From the NCBI GenBank assembly GCA_964016885.1, contig OZ024741.1:121706001-121770000 (forward strand): 64,000 nucleotides of DNA, written 5' to 3'. The notes beneath the pieces were generated by a model. It did no database searches. It had not been told where the DNA came from and was given only the letters and a program-made list of their open reading frames with translations. The stretch's first letter is position 1; the number at the start of each line of letters is the position of its first letter. Shown one piece after another: positions 38,895 to 50,930 of this stretch. Source of the stretch: Eledone cirrhosa (lineage: Eukaryota). Made by a program: the position numbers and the translations under genes.

Positions 38895-39313
38895 TAAAAT
38901 AAGTTGGATTACTTTGAATAAATAATGAATGAATATTACATAATTTATCTACTAAATTTCATGGCTGTTAATTAAATATATTTTATTACTTATTTAAAGA
39001 TTCACTTCTTTAAAATGTTCAAATGTTAACACTTCCGGTTAGCGGTCGCTAAAATAAATATTCATATATTTCTGTCACTAATTTTCTCCTAATGCAGTTT
39101 ATATATAATATCGTCTTTTTTTAATGAATCATGGATTACGTTACTGATTACATAAGGTAGTGTAACACAGTCTTCGTTCAATTTCTGTGTATATTGTCAA
39201 TTACGATTTTATTTGATGTATCATATCTACATGCATATATACTTGCGTATAATATCAATATATACACTACACATGCTAGCAGAAAACCATCCGATGGGTC
39301 GTTTTTCTGCTAG
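38895..39313. repeat. AT-rich dispersed repeat, second copy at ~40947-41485
   Basis: Shared 'aaaataagttggattactttgaataa...acatgctagcagaaaacca'. Copy 1 ends in the hairpin ctagcagaaaac..gtttttctgctag. Confidence 0.7.
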
Positions 39314-39417
39314 TTAAAGTAATTACCAAATACGTTTTTACATTAAATATTGATTTACGAATGTTTCATCCCCGAATTGGGATTTGTCAATATCAGTTAT
39401 TTATAAGTAAAAGTCTC

Positions 39418-39475
<58 letters not shown>

Positions 39476-39523
39476 TATATATACCCGCCAAAGTCAACTT
39501 TGCCTTTCATCTTTTTGAGGTCG

Positions 39524-39633
39524 ATAAAAAAAAGTACCAGTCTAATACTGGTCGATTCTTCCTCTATATGTCTTTCTATCTTTCTCTGGAAGAAATCTGC
39601 TTTACTCAGACCTAAAAATGCCCAAGAAACGCC

Positions 39634-39710
<77 letters not shown>

Positions 39711-39885
39711 TCTGTGTGTGTATGTATGGTCTCATAACTCCTGATAGAGTCATAGGGGCGCCGTATTGGCATACGGCGTTTCTTGGGCATTTTTAGGTCT
39801 GAGTAAAGCAGATTTCTTCCAGAGAAAGATAGAAAGACATATAGAGGAAGAATCGACCCAGTATTAGACTGGTACTTTTTTTTAT
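39524..39885. repeat. Inverted repeat with ~115-bp arms (39524-39638 / 39770-39885) around a (TG)n-containing spacer
   Basis: Arms are near-perfect reverse complements and include a SINE tail. Confidence 0.88.
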
Positions 39886-40028
39886 AGTATTCACACTTTG
39901 ATTACCTGTACAGGCAATATTTATTAGAATATTGTTGAAGCGTGTGTGTGTGTGTGTGTGTGTGTGTAAATGCATCCCTATATTTCAATGGTGCATTGCA
40001 TAGTTATTGTTTCAATTTCCATTTTAAG

Positions 40029-40161
40029 GATATTGACGAGAGGATTAGGAAATATCGAGGCTGAACAACTAGCATGTGAACTAACTTATATCGACCGAGT
40101 ACTACTTATGAAAGTTAGAATAGATGATGTACTAAATTTAAACGTCAAATGTATTTCAGAG
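40029..40161 (+). CDS. RasGEF (CDC25) domain exon: ILTRGLGNIEAEQLACELTYIDRVLLMKVRIDDVLNLNVKCISE
   Basis: Resembles the RasGEF 'E-LA-QLT--D--LF--I' motif; 'ccattttaag|' acceptor and 'gag|gtaagt' donor; 133 nt. Confidence 0.85.
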
Positions 40162-40204
40162 GTAAGTTACTTTTTTCAGCACTATATTGTATCATGGTAA
40201 AAGT

Positions 40205-40790
40205 ACGGGCCTTAGTTAGTTAGGATGTTTGGTTTACGACCACAATGTTGTGAGTTCGATTCCTTGCGGTGCGTTGTTTCCCTGATCAATACATTTTATT
40301 TTATGTTGCTCCAGTCAACTCAGCTGGCAAAATTGTTCTGTACCACCTTTGTCACAGATTGTATTAAGCTGAATTTCAATGAGAACCGCCGTAGGAGTGC
40401 ACGTTTCTGTGGAATGCTCACCTCTTTGACAGTTAGTTTTTCGAGAAGACTGTTTCATCTGTTAGTTGAATCAGCTGGAACACTTGACTTCGGAACCGAC
40501 TGAGGTCCAACAGCCCTATATTATGAACGAAGAGATGTTAGAGAGGGCTGAGCTGAGTAATCTATGGACTATTGTCACCGCAAGACAGCGGAGAATGTTT
40601 GCACTAACTGCGTATGCCAACAAAGAAACCAGAAATTGGAGGGGTTCAGAGGTGCACGGCTGTCCTATAAGACTTGGTTGAAGTCTATGAAGGAAGACCT
40701 GGTAGATATGGGCCTGACCTGGGAGCAGACCAGTGACTTTATTTATCGACCGGAATAAATACCAAGGAATTGACGCCGACGCTCTAATGA
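40205..40790 (+). mobile_element. Old SINE family 2 copy followed by an RTE-like C-terminal fragment
   Basis: B-box gagttcgattcc; fragmentary peptides EEMLERAEL..IVTARQRR and KTWLKSMKEDLVDMGLTWE. Confidence 0.55.
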
Positions 40791-41659
40791 GTTTGAAAAT
40801 TCGCCATCTGAATAATACGCAATTCCTGCAATTTCTAATATAGGGTCCATTCCAATATTTCCTGAAAATATTTCTAATTTTGGACTAAATCTTATATAAA
40901 ATGATTGGAGAAATGTGAGACTATGTCCTTTTTTTAATCACGTTATTAAAATAAGTTGGATTACTTTGAATAAATTATGAATGAATATTATATAATTTAT
41001 CTACTAAATTTCATAGCTCTTGATTAAACATAAATATTCTTGTATATAAAATGTATTGCTTATTTCAAGATTCATTTCTTTTAAAATTATCAAATATCAA
41101 CTTCCGTTAGCGTCCGTTATATCTTAACACTTCGCCATACGCTATATCACATCGTTCATATATTTGTATCGTTATATCTTAATGTTTACATATTTCCATC
41201 GTTCTATCAGCGTTTATATTTCCGTCGCTAATCTCATTTTATCCGTTACAATTTTCATAACATTTCCCCGTAATGCAGTTTATATATAATATTGTCTTTT
41301 TTAAATGTAGCATGGACTATTTTACTGATTACAGAAGAGAGTGTAACACAGTCTCTCAGTTTCTGTGCATATTTCAGTGAATATTGTCAATTTACGTTTT
41401 ATTCGACGTATCATATCTACATGCATAAATATTTGCGTATAATATCAATATGCACGCTACACATGCTAGCAGAAAACCACCCGAAGGAAAAGGCATCCAT
41501 CCAGTCGTAGTAAACTTACCAAACAAAAAGTAGAGATGATTCTTCAGTTGTGTCATAGACATGACGATCTCCCTAGTGCTGTTGCCATGATTTCTCTTTG
41601 ACAGATCAATGGTTAACAACCCGCCCAACCCTTGCTAGTAAGGAAAATGGAAGTTTAAG

Positions 41660-41985
41660 AATGATGATAATGATGATGATAATGGTAGTGTCGATGATGA
41701 TGATCATAATGATGATGATAATGACGATGACGATGATGATTGTGATGATGATGATAATGATGATGATGGTGACAATGATGATGATGATAATGATAATATT
41801 GATGGTGATGATGATAATGATAACGATGATGATGATAATGATAATGTTGATGGTGATGATGATGGTGATGATGATGGTGATAATGATGATGATGATAATG
41901 ATAATGATAATGTTGATGGTGATGATGATGGTGATAATGATGATGATGATAATGATAATGTTGATGGTGATGATGATGATGATGC
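41660..41985. repeat. (ATG/GAT)n trinucleotide microsatellite directly upstream of a splice acceptor
   Basis: Imperfect (GAT)n ending ~25 nt before exon 42009. Confidence 0.95.
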
Positions 41986-42008
41986 ATTGTATTTCTCTTC
42001 ATGTACAG

Positions 42009-42137
42009 AGTTATGTTAACAACAGTATGCTAATATGGGTGGTATTCACAGCACAAATTAAGAGCATGGTGATTAAAGAAATAATCTGTCAGAGCGACTT
42101 ACAAGATAAACTAAAAGCCATGCGTTATTTCATAAAG
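42009..42137 (+). CDS. RasGEF domain exon: SYVNNSMLIWVVFTAQIKSMVIKEIICQSDLQDKLKAMRYFIK
   Basis: Matches the 'V--EI-----L--R------FIK' segment; 'ttctcttcatgtacag|' acceptor and 'aag|gtaaga' donor; 129 nt, phase 0-0. Confidence 0.88.
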
Positions 42138-42177
42138 GTAAGATCTGAAACTATTTATTACATTCGCAAACGTGATG

Positions 42178-42317
<140 letters not shown>

Positions 42318-42364
42318 ATAAAATAACAGGAGGCTGGACTGGTGTAATCCTTGCAAGATGTATT

Positions 42365-42422
42365 ATACTATGATCATTTCAATGACCGGGTTCCATATGA
42401 ATCCGGTGATATCATCAGGTAT
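42365..42422 (-). ncRNA. Type I hammerhead ribozyme
   Basis: AUAC-CUGAUGA-U[AUcACCGG..CCGGUcAU]U-GAAA-U-GAUC-AUA^-GUAU; palindromic stem III AUGAUCAU. Confidence 0.8.
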
Positions 42423-43246
42423 TGGAATATAACAAAGGAATATGTAAAAAACCATGGGTCCGAAAAATCAGAGACAGAGACAAAGAGGACGACTGACCAA
42501 CTAGCTGCTCGGCCAGTCGCCCTCAAAGTGGTGGCAACTGAATCTACTAATGAACATTTGGTGAGGGGGCGAAGGCTTATAATGCACTACCACCACTCCG
42601 TCAAAGAAAAAGGGGAAGAAAGAAAGAAAGGGAGAAAGAAGTCAGTGTAAGGGTCATACTACATTCATGCTAGAAAATGCCGCGAAAAAAATACTACTCC
42701 AAAGAATCTATAATTGTTTCTACTTTAGGCACAAGGCCAGCAATTACCCAGTGCATTACTGGTACTTTATTTTATCGACACCGTAAGGATGAAAGGCAAA
42801 GTCAACCTCGGCGGGATTTGAACTCAGATCGTAAAGGGACGTAACTATGCTGCAAAGCATGGCGTCCGACCCTCTACCGATAGTGCCAATCGTCTGTATG
42901 GTCTAATGTGTGAACCGAAGATTGGAACGTTAAACTTATGTTGCGAGTTATAGGATTAAATTAAATTAAATTAAAAATATTAAATTACAAAATGATAAAT
43001 TGAAAAATAAGTTATTAGAGAAATAAAGATTAAGGTAGCGAGATTTATTTATTTAATGAACTTATGGAGAGAGTCTTATATGACAAAATTTATCTCGATA
43101 AGATATTAGGATGGGATATAAACGCGCGTTTCGCAGAGGATTGGCTCAAAGTGAGCCCCCCCCCCACATATATATATATATATATTTATAGGAACGAGTA
43201 AGACCCCGACGGCTGAGCTCAAGCCGTTTCGACGGGTAATTCTGGA

Positions 43247-43287
<41 letters not shown>

Positions 43288-43289
43288 TA

Positions 43290-44235
43290 AAATAACAGAT
43301 TAAAGTTTAATCAAAGAATCGCTGCTTTCACCCTTAACGGGATCTTCTGAAACTAACAAAGTCAATCTGTAAACGCAGAACTGGATATTTCAAAAAACGG
43401 AGGAAGACAGGAAGACGATATTTTGGTTCGTGGAAACGTTCGCTGGCAAAGAACGGGAAAAAACGAATATAATACGTCATTAATAGGAGCGGTGAAAAAC
43501 AATTACGCGCAAAGACAGAACCACGTTTATGGTATAAAAGAGGTCGTAGACTAATGTTCTCTTAGGTGGTGCATAGAGACGTTCTCTGGCAATGAACGAA
43601 AAAACGAAGATAATACGTCATATGTGGAGCGTAGAGAACAATAGCACGCAAAGACAAAACCACGTAAATGGTATAGCAGAAGTCGTAGACTAAAATTCTA
43701 ACTAGGAGACCAAATGAATCTCCGCTACAGAGTTAAGAACAAAGTAAATAAATATAATACAGAAGTAATAGAAATAAATAAATACATACACGCAAACAAA
43801 TACGTACATACACAAGCATACGCAAAAACTTACCATAGGTATACAAAACCCCGCACATTTAAATATGTGTGTGTGTGTGTGTATGCGTGTATACAAATAA
43901 ATAAATAAATATATAAACGTATATAAATAAATAAATACGTATATAACAAGCGCGCACACATACCTACATATAATATAAATACACGAATGTTCGGAGACGT
44001 AAGTCAACCCAAACATGAAGTACACATATACACACACCCACCAAACTTACGAACCTGCATACTCATACAGACGCAATTGGATTTGTGATCCTTCAGGGTA
44101 AAGTGGGGAGAAATAGGGTCCAGAGGTTCGGTCCGGTCCAGGATGTTGAGATCAGATGTGATTTTAAACCCAGCATCGTTGATTTCATTGATGACGCAGA
44201 GATTAGTTTTACGGTAATCCTTAGTTACAGCATTT
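43290..44235 (-). mobile_element. PLE remnant: degenerate hammerhead (~43318-43355), ~143-bp tandem duplication and Hydra-like ORF piece
   Basis: Minus strand CaGAAGA-UCCC GUUAA GGGU-GAAA; 43436/43579 duplicated; peptide NAVTKDYRK..INEIN..HFTLKDHKSN resembles ORF 16406-16705. Confidence 0.6.
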
Positions 44236-44261
44236 GGACTATATTTATATATATATATTGT

Positions 44262-44476
44262 GAGGGCGTGTGGCTGAGTGGTTAGAGAATTGGATTCGCA
44301 ATCGTAAGTTTGTGAGTTCGATTCCTGGACCAGGTGATGCGTTATTTCCTTGAGCAAGACACTTTATTTCACGTTGCTCCTTCTACCTGGAGTTGCGACC
44401 GATAGATAGTATTAGCAATTGGAAAGACCAACGGAAACATTGTTCCCTCGGTCCGATTTGACGAAAGTCGATCGTT
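44262..44476 (+). mobile_element. tRNA-derived SINE family 2 (second copy 54437-54664 with A-tail)
   Basis: A-box TGGCTGAGTGG, B-box GAGTTCGATTCC; two close copies. Confidence 0.88.
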
Positions 44477-44477
44477 C

Positions 44478-44536
<59 letters not shown>

Positions 44537-44562
44537 GTGTGTGGGTGTGTGTGTGGGTGGGG

Positions 44563-45260
44563 GTCACTTTGAGCCAATCCTCTGCGAAACGCGCGTAACA
44601 GGTCGAACGCCCGTTTGTCCGATATATAAAGACCCGCAAAGGGAATACCAGAGGGTATAGATAACGTGGGTGGATGTGCAGGTGAAGGAATGGCGGATAC
44701 GGAAAGACCCGTTAGCGCCTGTAAGAGTGGTGAGGGTGGAAATAAAGACACAAGTGTTGCAGCAGGAACGGGAACAAGAACGAGAGCCGGGTGGAGTCGT
44801 GGGAGAGGACGAAAAAGAACTACGAACCAGAAGGTCGCGGAGGTTTCGGGCGCGCTTAAAAGCAGTAATGGGTGGGTTTGGAAAGGAATCTCACTTTATT
44901 AACAAATACGGACCCCGTCTAAACGCTTCTCCCTAAGACTAAACCCACAACATACACACGTCAACATACATACCTACATCAGCATACATCCTACATACAT
45001 CTCTATCCACATATAAACACAATGACATACGTAAACACACATGTTCTATGATGCAACACAAATATAACGTGCCGACACACACACATACATATACGCACAC
45101 ATGCATTGCACACTGATGGGCACATACATATTTGTACACAACTATTCCCATACGGCAGGGCCTAATGGATTCCCCTTGCAGTACGTACAATCGGGACACT
45201 CACACACACCTTGGTGTTATGACAATACTATATATCATTTCACTAACCAATACTTATTAC
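44563..45260. mobile_element. Neptune-like PLE remnant: inverted GIY-YIG segment (-, 44563-44880) joined to the EN C-terminus/pLTR (+)
   Basis: Minus-strand translation PPITAFKRARNLRDLLVRS..CSRSCCNTC..FTCTSTHVIY..CGSLYIGQTG; plus strand ESHFINKYGPRLNASP*. Confidence 0.8.
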
Positions 45261-45331
45261 TAATTTTTACTTATTTCTAATTAAACTATATTTCACCGGG
45301 AACAATTTGTCAGCATTTTCTTTTCCTTTTA

Positions 45332-45432
<101 letters not shown>

Positions 45433-45733
45433 TATATATAAAAACAAATAACGAAACGAAATTAAATTTCGTTTCGTTTGTAACTCACTTTTGTATGACT
45501 GACGCTTAAACAATTAAGTTAAAAATGTACATCTACATATGCATACTGAAATACTAGTATGCATATGAATACACACACGTATACATATGTAGGTGTAACA
45601 AGTCTTTCACTGGTTGCTTTACTGTGAGCAACCCAGCTATTCTCTATGTAAACACACAGACAAACCGGTTTTTAGAGTCATACTGGTTTTCGGGGGAACA
45701 CCTTCCCTCTATTCTCCAGAAAGCCAGACAAGG

Positions 45734-45778
45734 AATATTGAACTAGTTTCGTTGTTGTTACAACTCATCAGCAATATT
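45734..45778 (-). ncRNA. Type I hammerhead (inverted retrozyme copy)
   Basis: Reverse complement of 46228-46272. Confidence 0.9.
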
Positions 45779-46227
45779 TACCTATCTACCGGCCTTTCTG
45801 GAGAATCGTAAAAGCACATATCGTTATATGCTTTTTCTATGAAAATTAGTAGTGGGCAGACCAATTTGCATAGAGTGTGAGTACATGTTTACATACAGAA
45901 TAGCTGGATACTCACAGTAAAGTGACCAGTGAAAGACTTGGTACATCTACATATGTATACGTGTGTGTATTCATATGCATACTAGTATTTCAGTATGCAT
46001 ATGTAGATGTACATTTTTAACTTAATTGTTTAAGCGTCAGTCATACAAAAGTGAGTTACAAACGAAACGAAATTTAATTTCGTTTCGTTATTTGTTTTTA
46101 TCGTCTCCGTTGAACCGGTACGTACTCACACTCTATGCAAATTGGTCTGCCCACTACTAATTTTCATAGAAAAAGCATATAACGATATGTGCTTTTACGA
46201 TTCTCCAGAAAGGCCGGTAGATAGGTA

Positions 46228-46272
46228 AATATTGCTGATGAGTTGTAACAACAACGAAACTAGTTCAATATT
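46228..46272 (+). ncRNA. Type I hammerhead ribozyme with canonical core
   Basis: AAUAUUG-CUGAUGA-GUUG UAACAA CAAC-GAAAC-UA-GUU^-CAAUAUU; stem I extends to 46201-46294. Confidence 0.92.
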
Positions 46273-46489
46273 CCTTGTCTGGCTTTCTGGAGAATAGAGG
46301 AAAGGTGTTTCCTCAAAAACCAGATGACTCTAAAAACCGGTTTGTCTGTGTGTTTAGATACAGAATAGCTGGATACTCACAGTAAAGTGACCAGTGAAAG
46401 ACTTGGTACATCTACATATGTATACGTGTGTGTATTCATATGCATACTAGTATTTCAGTATGCATATGTAGATGTACATTTTTAACTTA

Positions 46490-46521
<32 letters not shown>

Positions 46522-46526
46522 ATATA

Positions 46527-46586
<60 letters not shown>

Positions 46587-47024
46587 TTCAGCGAGAATCG
46601 CATTTCGGCGGGTAGAAAAGGTGAAACGAAACGCATAAATCAGAAATAATTGTTTCTACTTTTGGCACAAGGCCAGCAATTTCCCAGTGTATTACTGGTA
46701 CTTTATTTTATCGACCCCGTAAGGATGAAAGGCAAAGTTAACCTCGGCGGGATTTGAACTCAGAATGGCAAGGGCTGTAACTCTATGCGTCAAAGCATGG
46801 CGTCCGACCCTCTACCGATACTGCCAATTCACTAAGCAAAAATCAGAAATAATGCTGGCAAGCGCTCCATAGTTAAACACCCAGAGCTAAACAATATGTT
46901 AAAACGCCATACTAAACTGAAATAGTGGTAAAAAAAGCATCAACCACCTAAGCCAAAAAGCAAATCAAGCTAAACAGGTCAAAACAAAATAAATGATAAA
47001 AAAACACAGACCCACCCCAAGTAT

Positions 47025-47192
<168 letters not shown>

Positions 47193-47873
47193 GTGTATAT
47201 ATGTGTGTGTGTGTGTATATATATATGTGTGTGTATAAATATATATGTGTGTATGTATGTGTGTGTATATATATATATATATCCCATTGTGTGTATATAT
47301 ATATATATGTGTATATATATGTATATGTGTATATGTATATGTGTATGTGTATGTGTATATGTATATGTATATGTGTATGTGTGTGTGTTTATGGGTGCGC
47401 GCAAGTGTGTGAGTGAGTGTGTTTGTGAATGAGTCTGTTGATTTTTGGCATATAGTTGAATAGTTTAAGAGAAATTTGAAGATAATTGTATGATATGCAC
47501 TCAATATTTTGAATTTGTCTACAGAATTCTCTAAACCGTTGTCACTTAGTAGAATTGTCACTTAAAGAATTTAGCTTTTAAAGAATCTCCCTTTCCTTTA
47601 AATCTATCAACCATGTCTGACCCCCACTGATCTTATAGACACCTGTTAGCTTAAGAGAAACTTAATAATAAGGAGTGGCACCCCATCCTGAAACTGTTTA
47701 TAGAATTCTTTCTGCCTTTGTTACTCTAAAAATAAAAATAAACTATAGCTTTGTAGAATTAGATTTTAATGAATTCCCTTTTCTATCAACCAATGACCTA
47801 CACCTATCCCACTCCCCACCATCTCCTACCACTTGAAGAGACCTATAAATACCATACTTATTTTTTGATACCC

Positions 47874-47923
47874 AGATTCCTGATGATTTCTAAAGAATGA
47901 AAAAGTTCTAGTCCTGTAGAATC
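47874..47923 (+). ncRNA. Type I hammerhead, slightly degenerate stem III
   Basis: AGAUUC-CUGAUGA-U UUC UAAA GAA U-GAAA-AGuuCUAGucCU-GUA^-GAAUCU. Confidence 0.7.
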
Positions 47924-47926
47924 TCA

Positions 47927-47982
<56 letters not shown>

Positions 47983-47987
<5 letters not shown>

Positions 47988-48197
47988 ATACTTGGGGAGG
48001 GTCATATTGTTGTAATAATATTGCCAGAATTAATAACAGAACACACTGTTGGGTTGGTCAAAAATAAAGATAAAATATAGACACAAACATATATAGTCTA
48101 ACCAAGTTCTTTCGTTGAACATCTGCAACATCGTCAGTGGTACTATTATGTTTCCTCCTGTTGTATTGTATGTCTACGCCATCTTTATTTAATCTGT

Positions 48198-48232
<35 letters not shown>

Positions 48233-50837
48233 TTTTTGTCTTATTTGCGCATGGTTTTGCGTGTGTGTATAGTGTTTGATGTGTGTTCGCGTTTGGGTAA
48301 CTGTGTTTTGGTTATTGTATTCTATCTTAGTTTACTAGTGTGTGTTTATATGTGTTTCTGGTTATTGTGCTTGTATATATATGTATTTATTTATTTATTT
48401 ATCTATATTTCTCTTAGGTTTATATGTGTTTGTTGTTATTGTGCTAGTGTATATATTTATTTATTTATTTATATTTCTCTTAGGTGAGTATTGTTTGTTT
48501 GGGTGTTGTTGTTATTCCATTCATTTTTTCTGTTTAGCTTTGGCCTTCTAAGTTCTATTTCACTGGCCTCTCTGATTTGCCTATCTGCTGATTCATTTCT
48601 ATGTTTAGATATTATTTTAATTTCTATGTGGTCTATGGTACCGTCATGTTGTTGTCTGGCGTGTTCGTATAGTACTGAACCGTTTTTTTCTTCCTTTTAG
48701 TTCCCCCTAGTGTTGGTCTATCCTTTCACCTATGCTACGAGCTGTCTCGCCTATGTATGTTATTGTCATGTTTCTGCAAGTACCCTCTGTACATCTTATG
48801 CTATAGACTACGTTTCTAGTTTTACAGTTTATCCGGTGGTTTACTTTACATATAATACATTTCCTATTACTACAGTGGGTTTTCTTAAAAGGGTATGTTT
48901 TGCTGATCAGGGATTTTATGGTGGTTCCTGGCTTTTCTACCACCTTAATCTTTAGGTGGGTCTTTCTCGGGACCTTTCTATAGTGGTTAGCTAATTTTCC
49001 TTGCGGGACACGTTCTTCTTCACCAAGTCTGCGATCAGAATATTAAACTTAGCACTACTAGACATTGCTGAGTTTTTGTGTATCAGGTATTTGGTTTAGC
49101 GTAGTGTGAGTGGAGAATTTGGGCTCTCTTGTCTATAGTGTTAACCCAGAGTTCCGTGTCGAATACAGGTAGTCTATTGTTAGGGTGTTTGGAAGGGTAT
49201 AACCAGAGTATAACTATAACTATCGACTACCCATCCAAACAACCTAACAATAGACTATCTGTATTAGACACGGAACTCTGGATTGACACTATAGACGAGA
49301 GAGCCCAAATTCTCCACTCACACTACGCTAAACCAATTGCCTCCAAATACCTGATACTCAAAAACTCAGCAATGTCCAGTAGTGCTAAGTTTAATATTCT
49401 GATCGCAGACTTGGTACGAGTGATGAAGAACGTGTCCCGCATGTACGACCCAACAGAAATGGAAAGACACATACAACACTTCATCAACCGCATGCAGTTC
49501 TCTGGCTACAACCAAAGAGACAGAATCAGAGTATACGAAGGAGCCATGAAGAAGTATAAGACCCGGGACATGAAAAGATTTGCCCATTATACAGGAGCAA
49601 ATCATGGAATAGCGTAGATAGGACTAAACATAAGATAGCGAAAGCCACCTCATGGTGCGACAACCAGAGATACCAGAGTGTCATGTTCGTGGACGCTACC
49701 CCTGGAGGGAAATTAGATAACCAGTGTAGAAAAGCCCTGCGAAAGACCCACCTAAAGATTAAGGTGGTAGAAAAGCCAGGAACCACCATAAAATCCCTGA
49801 TCAGCAAAACATACCCTTTTAAGAAAACCCACTGTACTAATAGGAAATGTATTATATTTAAAGTAACTTCCCGGATAAACTGTAAAACTAGAAACGTAGT
49901 GTATAGCATTAGATGTACAGAGAGTACTTTCAGAAACATGACAACAACATACATAGCCGAGACAGCTCGTAGCATAGGTGAAAGGATAGACCAACACTAG
50001 GTGGAACTAAAAGGAAAAAAAAAACGGTTCAGTACTATACGAACACGCCAGACAACAACATGATGGTACCATAGACAACATAGAAATTAGAATATTATTT
50101 AAACATAGAAATGACCCAGCAGATAGGCAAATCAGAGAGGCCAGTGAAATAGAACTTAGAAGGCCAAGGCTAAACAGAAAAAAATGAATGGAATAACAAC
50201 ACCCAAACAAACAATACTGACCTAAAAGAAATATAAATAAATAAATAAATATATACACAAGCACAATAACAACAAGCACATATAAATCTAAGAGAAATAT
50301 AAATAAATAAATAAATAAATACATATATATACAAGCACAATAACCAGAAACACATATAAACACACACTAGTAAACTAAGATAGAATACAATAACCAAAAC
50401 ACAGTCACCCAAACGCGAACACACATCAAACACTATACACACACGTAAACGCATGCGCATAGAAGAAGACAAAAATAAATAAATAAATAAATAAATAAAT
50501 ATACAGATTAAGTAAAGATGGCGTAGACATACAATACAACAGGAGGAAACATAATGGCACCACTGACGATGTTGCAGATGTGCAACGAAAGAACTTTGTT
50601 AGACTATATATATGTGTTTGTGTCTATATTGTATCTGTATTTTTGACCGTTGGTCAGTCAATAGTAAACATTGAGGACCGAATAAATTAACTGATATAAA
50701 AGATACAGAAGCGAAAGCCAACCAAACAGTGAGTGTGTTCTGTTATTAATTCTGGCAATATTATTACAACAATATGACCCTCTTCAAGCAAAACAATATT
50801 TGTTTCGACACACGATTTCATATCCAATACCTCCCAA

Positions 50838-50840
<3 letters not shown>
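47983..50840. mobile_element. Penelope-like element (Naiad-like): inverted 5' segment (47983-~49200, -) plus direct RT-thumb/GIY-YIG/pLTR (~49220-50840, +)
   Basis: HYAKPIAS..SAMS..RMQFSGY, C-x4-C-x2-C, VVY..YIGETARS..ER..QH; hammerheads at 48101-48141(-) and 50559-50600(+); in (TA)n. Confidence 0.88.
50559..50600 (+). ncRNA. pLTR hammerhead (copies at 48101-48141 and 51122-51163 on -)
   Basis: ACCA-CUGACGA-U-GUUGCA GAUG UGCAAC-GAAAG-AA-CUU^-UGuU. Confidence 0.75.

Positions 50841-50926
<86 letters not shown>

Positions 50927-50930
<4 letters not shown>

Larger units (their letters stand above)
45438..46490. mobile_element. Retrozyme-like non-coding element: 465-bp tandem unit (+, 45886-46490) preceded by a circularly permuted inverted copy (45438-45884)
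   Basis: 'tagctggatactcac' at 45901 and 46366 gives period 465; one hammerhead per unit; no credible ORF; (TA)n on both sides. Confidence 0.85.

Noticed and set aside
41598-42002. Poly-Met and poly-His ORFs
   Set aside because: (ATG)n microsatellite; only 42009-42137 has splice signals and domain similarity.
44262-44335. tRNA gene
   Set aside because: A/B boxes belong to a multi-copy SINE head with no proper acceptor stem.
45280-45320. Hammerhead-like CUGACAA..GAAAUAUAGUU on - (also CUGAAGA at 37692 on +)
   Set aside because: Core or stem mismatches too numerous; at best dead relics.
49129-50560. Selenoprotein/SECIS signature reported for some Naiad PLEs
   Set aside because: Cys positions use TGT/TGC, the premature stop is TAG, and no SECIS-like AUGA..AA..GA stem is visible.
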